A stretch of 58,718 nucleotides of DNA. Source: a virus. Taxonomy: Duplodnaviria; Caudoviricetes. The stretch covers positions 1-58,718 of IMG/VR virus record IMGVR_UViG_3300025305_000019. One strand, 5' to 3'. This document shows positions 56,001 to 58,718 of the stretch, in pieces (positions within the stretch are counted from its first letter, which is position 1; each line of letters opens with the position of its first letter). Position numbers and translations under genes: made by a program. The notes beneath the pieces were generated by a model, which saw only the letters and a list, made by a program, of their open reading frames with translations, was not told where the DNA came from and made no database searches.

Positions 56001-58718
56001 CGTGCGACGACGCTCGACAAGGTTGGCGATCTTGCGGATGGGGTTCTGGCCCTCGGGGAAGTAGCGATCCGCCACACGAGCAATATTGTCGAACGTGCGG
56101 AAGCCCAGCAGCCATTCCTTACCGCGCACCGGCTGCATGTCGCTGCCAGACAGGCGGGTCTGCAATGCCTTCAGGGCTTCCTTACCGATCTTGTCTACCC
56201 GGCCTTCCTCCAGCATGGAGCGGAGGTTACCCTTCGAGGTAACCTTGGGCTTCATCGCCTGTTCGCTCACCCGCAGGGCTGCGTCCAGCAGGGTATGGGC
56301 ACCCTTGGGGATGCCAAGTGCACGACGCACGGTCGCTACCAGCGTGTCCCAGATGGAAAGCGGGAGCTTGATGCCACGGTCGAGGCCCAGCCGGGTCACC
56401 AGTTCCGGGGAAGCTGGCAGACGTGCGAGGATTTCCTGCACGTTCGGATCGGACATGCTGTCAGCGACGAACTCGTCAGCGTCGATGATTGCATTCTTCA
56501 CGAACTGGAATACCTCGGGGTGTTCATCCAGAGCCATAACAAGCTCGGCACGCACCGCATCCACGTCAGCGCGGAGAGCCGGGTTGTCGGCAATCGCCCG
56601 TGCCGTCGCGGCGTGGGTTACCTCGTGAAGTACCGTATGGGCCAGCGCCTCCGGGTTGTCGATCTGATCGGCTCGCACCGTCACCCACGACACACCGTTG
56701 TCCTCGTAGAACACACCACGGGGGCCACGCTCGCCACCCTCAAGGTTGCGGCCCACAAGGCGTGCCATATCGCTCTCACTGATAATGTGAACCTTCACAT
56801 CGCCAACAAGCTTGGTCAGTGCCTTGCGCCCCATCTCTGCAATGGCGCGAGGGCCAGCGGAGCGGGAGCTAATGTCCAGCGAAGCCATGATCGACTTCGC
56901 ATCCATCGTGGCTAGCGGCTGGGCCAGTTCGTAGGTGTCTGGGTCGTAGACCGTGTTCGACGGTCCATCGTCCAGTTTACGGACGAGAGCTTCCCTCGGA
57001 GTATCCGGCGTAGCTTCAAGGGCACGGGAAGCCGCAAGTTCATCGACGGCACCATGAGGCTTTTTCGTGCGAGGCGAATTCTTCCATGCGTTAAATTCCT
57101 CCAGTGTCATGGTCTGCATGTCACCGATGCGCGAGAAACCGCTACCATCGGAGAAACCGGCGTCGTATGCGGCGAAGGCTTCCGCCTCACCCTTGAACCC
57201 CATCATCACCTTGTGTTCGTCAAAGCGGCCCGTATCCGGGTCGATCTGATCCACCACGAACACATGCTGTGCGTCATGGTCGGGGCCAAGGTACACGTCA
57301 ATGGGGTCACCATCGGCACCCTTCGTACCGAGGATTTGACCGTAATCGTTCTTGAGCTTGACCGACCACTTCGGCCCGTTCGGGTCTTTGTTCGTGCGGA
57401 CGGAGCCCTTGGGGTTCTCGATGGCGATGGTGTTACCATGCAAGGTAACCCGGCCCTTCTCGTAATTACCGGCCTGCACCTGTGCCACGGACGGATTGGT
57501 ATTCGTCTCGCCACGAGCCGTCTGGACGCGAGCCTTGATGGCCTGCATCTTCTGGGTCTGTGTCTTGGGCTTACTTTCCGAGGTAACAGTAGTTTCAGAT
57601 GCAACCGAATTGGAGGGGGTCTGGGGAGGCGTCTTGACCTTCCGGCTACGGACCCGCTCGACAACTACTTGACGCGCTTCCTTGCGCCCTTCCTGCGCCG
57701 CCATGGCACGGTCAAGAGCTTCTTCAACCCGCGTGGGGATGGTTTCGGAGGTCGGAGGGACACTTCGGTCGGCCTTCCTCGGCTTTCCTGCATTCGGCTT
57801 GCCCTTCTGCTGGCGCTCTGCAAGGCGCTGAAGAACCAACTCACGAGGGCTAGGCTCGCGGGTCGCGTTCTCCGTCAGGTCAATATCATCGGGCAGCACT
57901 TCAGCGACACCAGCATCGGCGTCTTCCTGCTCGCGCTCCAGAATGTTCTGGGGATCGGCTGCGTCGGTCGCGGCCTTGTCCCGCTTGATCGTGTCCACGT
58001 CAATGTCACCGCCACGACCCATGGCAGCGTCACCCTCTGCGCGGCGCTCCGCTATGGCAGCGTCACCAGCACCGGCGCGGATGTCCAGTTCCCGTGTCAG
58101 GAAACGCTGGAAGTCGTCCTTACCCGGCTTCTGCATACGGGCAAGCCTGTTCGCCTCGGAAAGCAACACGGCTTCCGGGGTGTAGGCCATATCGCCCTTG
58201 GTCACGTTGTTGATGGCCTTCGGGATTTTCACGCCAGCGGCGGTTGCATCCGCAACCATCGCCTTGACGCGATCCAGAACAAGCCCCCGTGCCGTGGTGA
58301 CCTTCTGCGGCTTGCGGCCAAGGTAGGCATCCGCCTCGACCTCTGCCGGGGCATACTTCTCGGCCAGTGAACGTGACGTGTCGTTAAGGGCCTGACGGGC
58401 AGCGATCTCTTTCGCCGTGTAGTTCTTACCCTTGCGCTGCGTCTCGACGGCAAGAGGGGCTTCTGCGGCGGCGAGGTTGGTCGCCACACGCTCGGCCTGC
58501 TGGGCGGCGAAGTCGGGTCCGGTACGATCCTCCAGAATGCGTGCACCAGTCGCCGTGCGAGCCGGTTCGACGGGCGCGGTATCAATAGGAGCGGCTGCCA
58601 CCGCATCTACGGGGGCATTCGGGTCAACGGCGGCAGCCTCCACCGGGGCAGCGGGGGCTACATCGGGGGTCTGGGTGGTGGTTTCCTCTGCCACGGCTGG
58701 CGCTGGGGTGGCTTCAGC
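53097..58718 (-). CDS. 3' part of giant polyvalent protein: inorganic pyrophosphatase-like domain, zincin HExxH peptidase, PLxRFG-like C-terminal region
   Basis: ENPKGS.R...DYG.I.GT.GADGD.IDV..G...DEHKVMMGF (~57060-57490); HEVTH (~56612-56627); YFPLMRHG (~55470-55493). Confidence 0.85.
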   Translation of the reverse strand, partial: AEATPAPAVAEETTTQTPDVAPAAPVEAAAVDPNAPVDAVAAAPIDTAPVEPARTATGARILEDRTGPDFAAQQAERVATNLAAAEAPLAVETQRKGKNYTAKEIAARQALNDTSRSLAEKYAPAEVEADAYLGRKPQKVTTARGLVLDRVKAMVADATAAGVKIPKAINNVTKGDMAYTPEAVLLSEANRLARMQKPGKDDFQRFLTRELDIRAGAGDAAIAERRAEGDAAMGRGGDIDVDTIKRDKAATDAADPQNILEREQEDADAGVAEVLPDDIDLTENATREPSPRELVLQRLAERQQKGKPNAGKPRKADRSVPPTSETIPTRVEEALDRAMAAQEGRKEARQVVVERVRSRKVKTPPQTPSNSVASETTVTSESKPKTQTQKMQAIKARVQTARGETNTNPSVAQVQAGNYEKGRVTLHGNTIAIENPKGSVRTNKDPNGPKWSVKLKNDYGQILGTKGADGDPIDVYLGPDHDAQHVFVVDQIDPDTGRFDEHKVMMGFKGEAEAFAAYDAGFSDGSGFSRIGDMQTMTLEEFNAWKNSPRTKKPHGAVDELAASRALEATPDTPREALVRKLDDGPSNTVYDPDTYELAQPLATMDAKSIMASLDISSRSAGPRAIAEMGRKALTKLVGDVKVHIISESDMARLVGRNLEGGERGPRGVFYEDNGVSWVTVRADQIDNPEALAHTVLHEVTHAATARAIADNPALRADVDAVRAELVMALDEHPEVFQFVKNAIIDADEFVADSMSDPNVQEILARLPASPELVTRLGLDRGIKLPLSIWDTLVATVRRALGIPKGAHTLLDAALRVSEQAMKPKVTSKGNLRSMLEEGRVDKIGKEALKALQTRLSGSDMQPVRGKEWLLGFRTFDNIARVADRYFPEGQNPIRKIANLVERRRTLALEGIRKVEPMLMKIHGLEKKYSKVRGEDGRTVWENFAALSHDETSANVFADRPLDQQKHITKKGARDAWRRAQHADLAARYEALPEELQDLHSEALDYFKNAQNEAAHLLIKNGVLKMFDVPASLGTVDALATRIMDRTVTDADKAFLGDTYDTIAAAGVMSKIDGPYFPLMRHGNWVVRGTYAIKKPSNGVALGDNEFEFKTAAEAEAYAESIEQRPTVRTVFVDKTTGENFGVTPEGNQVKLTAADLNAEARYRVAVQNRHVEMFDTERKARQRVLELRKSGMNVADAVPRAFENNGIQGDVLSSQMQRLSTVMERKAVDRGFTGDQTKELLAAVNEMSLHVLSSTRIQTRHLPRQYVQGASKDFFRNTTDYSHSMANYVAKLKTKPLVDDAVAEFDAIIKDNPQDGFAGVRQELNNEIKKRLTSPNVVLENKTSNAIVQRILAVSFVDKLASPSYSVINATQPMMTTMPMLASHYGIGRAFTAMSRAYGDIGSLATIRQGALDTARKAKNGDYVASDPVSLIRSRLKSKVEQMFLDVMVERGIIDTDSGLEVGKLSNRMEGIGGRFDAGLGYLEGITRQMPKAVEAINRSVSGLAAFRLEMERSGDVDRATQFAQDIINQTQFNYSATNAPAVFNHPVLRLALQFKKYGQGMYQLLGEQAARAVRNEKPGDRAQAIKALSYTIGMHVLIAGAMGLPTEPIKFIVMGANAFGLTDWNWGDIENAQREAATEMFGKTAGEMISRGVTRGIGIDLSTRMGIDTLMGGFGEPRSNEAQDLKAYMWDTLAGAPAGLAMDYAKGVTNLAEGDMLKAAERLVPIKLFSDSVKSYRAYTEGVKSDRSGKQVMSPYSAREAVTRTLGFTPAREAEGFERSGNFYRNRDKMNASRTDFQRSWLEASGAARGRLWREIQAWNKTQPDEAKLSISDLRGYQKQMKADRLKTIEGIRPRGREKELFDTVNQTYNY

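Larger units (their letters stand above)
229..57587. repeat. Dispersed palindrome GTTACC-N6(N5)-GGTAAC, about 90 copies
   Basis: Read directly; 21 perfect N6 copies, e.g. 229, 2951, 7811, 8828, 10993, 14926, 16284, 16857, 17553, 22435, 23968, 25167, 28416, 29771, 30963, 36576, 47895, 51563, 55275, 56226, 57432, plus about 70 near-matches. Confidence 0.95.

Noticed and set aside
229-57587. Palindrome as integron attC sites or REP elements
   Set aside because: Too short, does not fit the RYYYAAC...GTTRRRY arrangement, often intragenic, and no tyrosine recombinase or RAYT transposase was recognised
54564-58370. Long antisense ORFs (e.g. 54564..56915, 57054..58370; similarly 15162..16292 and 34983..36239)
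   Set aside because: Shadow frames of GC3-biased genes on the opposite strand; no RBS or recognisable motifs

Overview
This window is a complete, circularly assembled dsDNA tailed-phage genome of about 58.58 kb: positions 9-134 are repeated at 58593-58718. It has podovirus-type architecture. A leftward virion module encodes portal, scaffold, major capsid, tail tube/adaptor proteins, two tail-fibre plus chaperone modules, a lysozyme, ejection proteins and a ~2340-aa polyvalent protein that spans the contig join. TerS, an EndoVII-type HNH nuclease and TerL are transcribed divergently from it. A rightward early/replication arm encodes an HTH protein, a paralog array, AAA ATPase plus VWA metallopeptidase, family A DNA polymerase, PD-(D/E)XK nuclease, VRR-NUC, SNF2 helicase, an SSB-like protein and a primase-DUF927 fusion. 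I recognised no integrase, RNA polymerase, tRNA or CRISPR array. Rhizobial-type CTTGAC-N17-CTATAT promoters and a GcrA-like gene point to an alphaproteobacterial (Rhizobiales) host. The most striking unexplained signal is a genome-wide palindrome, GTTACC-N6(N5)-GGTAAC, with about 90 copies counted by eye (one per ~650 bp). It occurs both inside coding sequences and at gene junctions, where it delimits cassette-like genes. Other unexplained features are a strand-polar GCGCACTCAC motif, an 8-member array of hypervariable small paralogs, and a precisely symmetric 201-bp dyad element in the long non-coding region.
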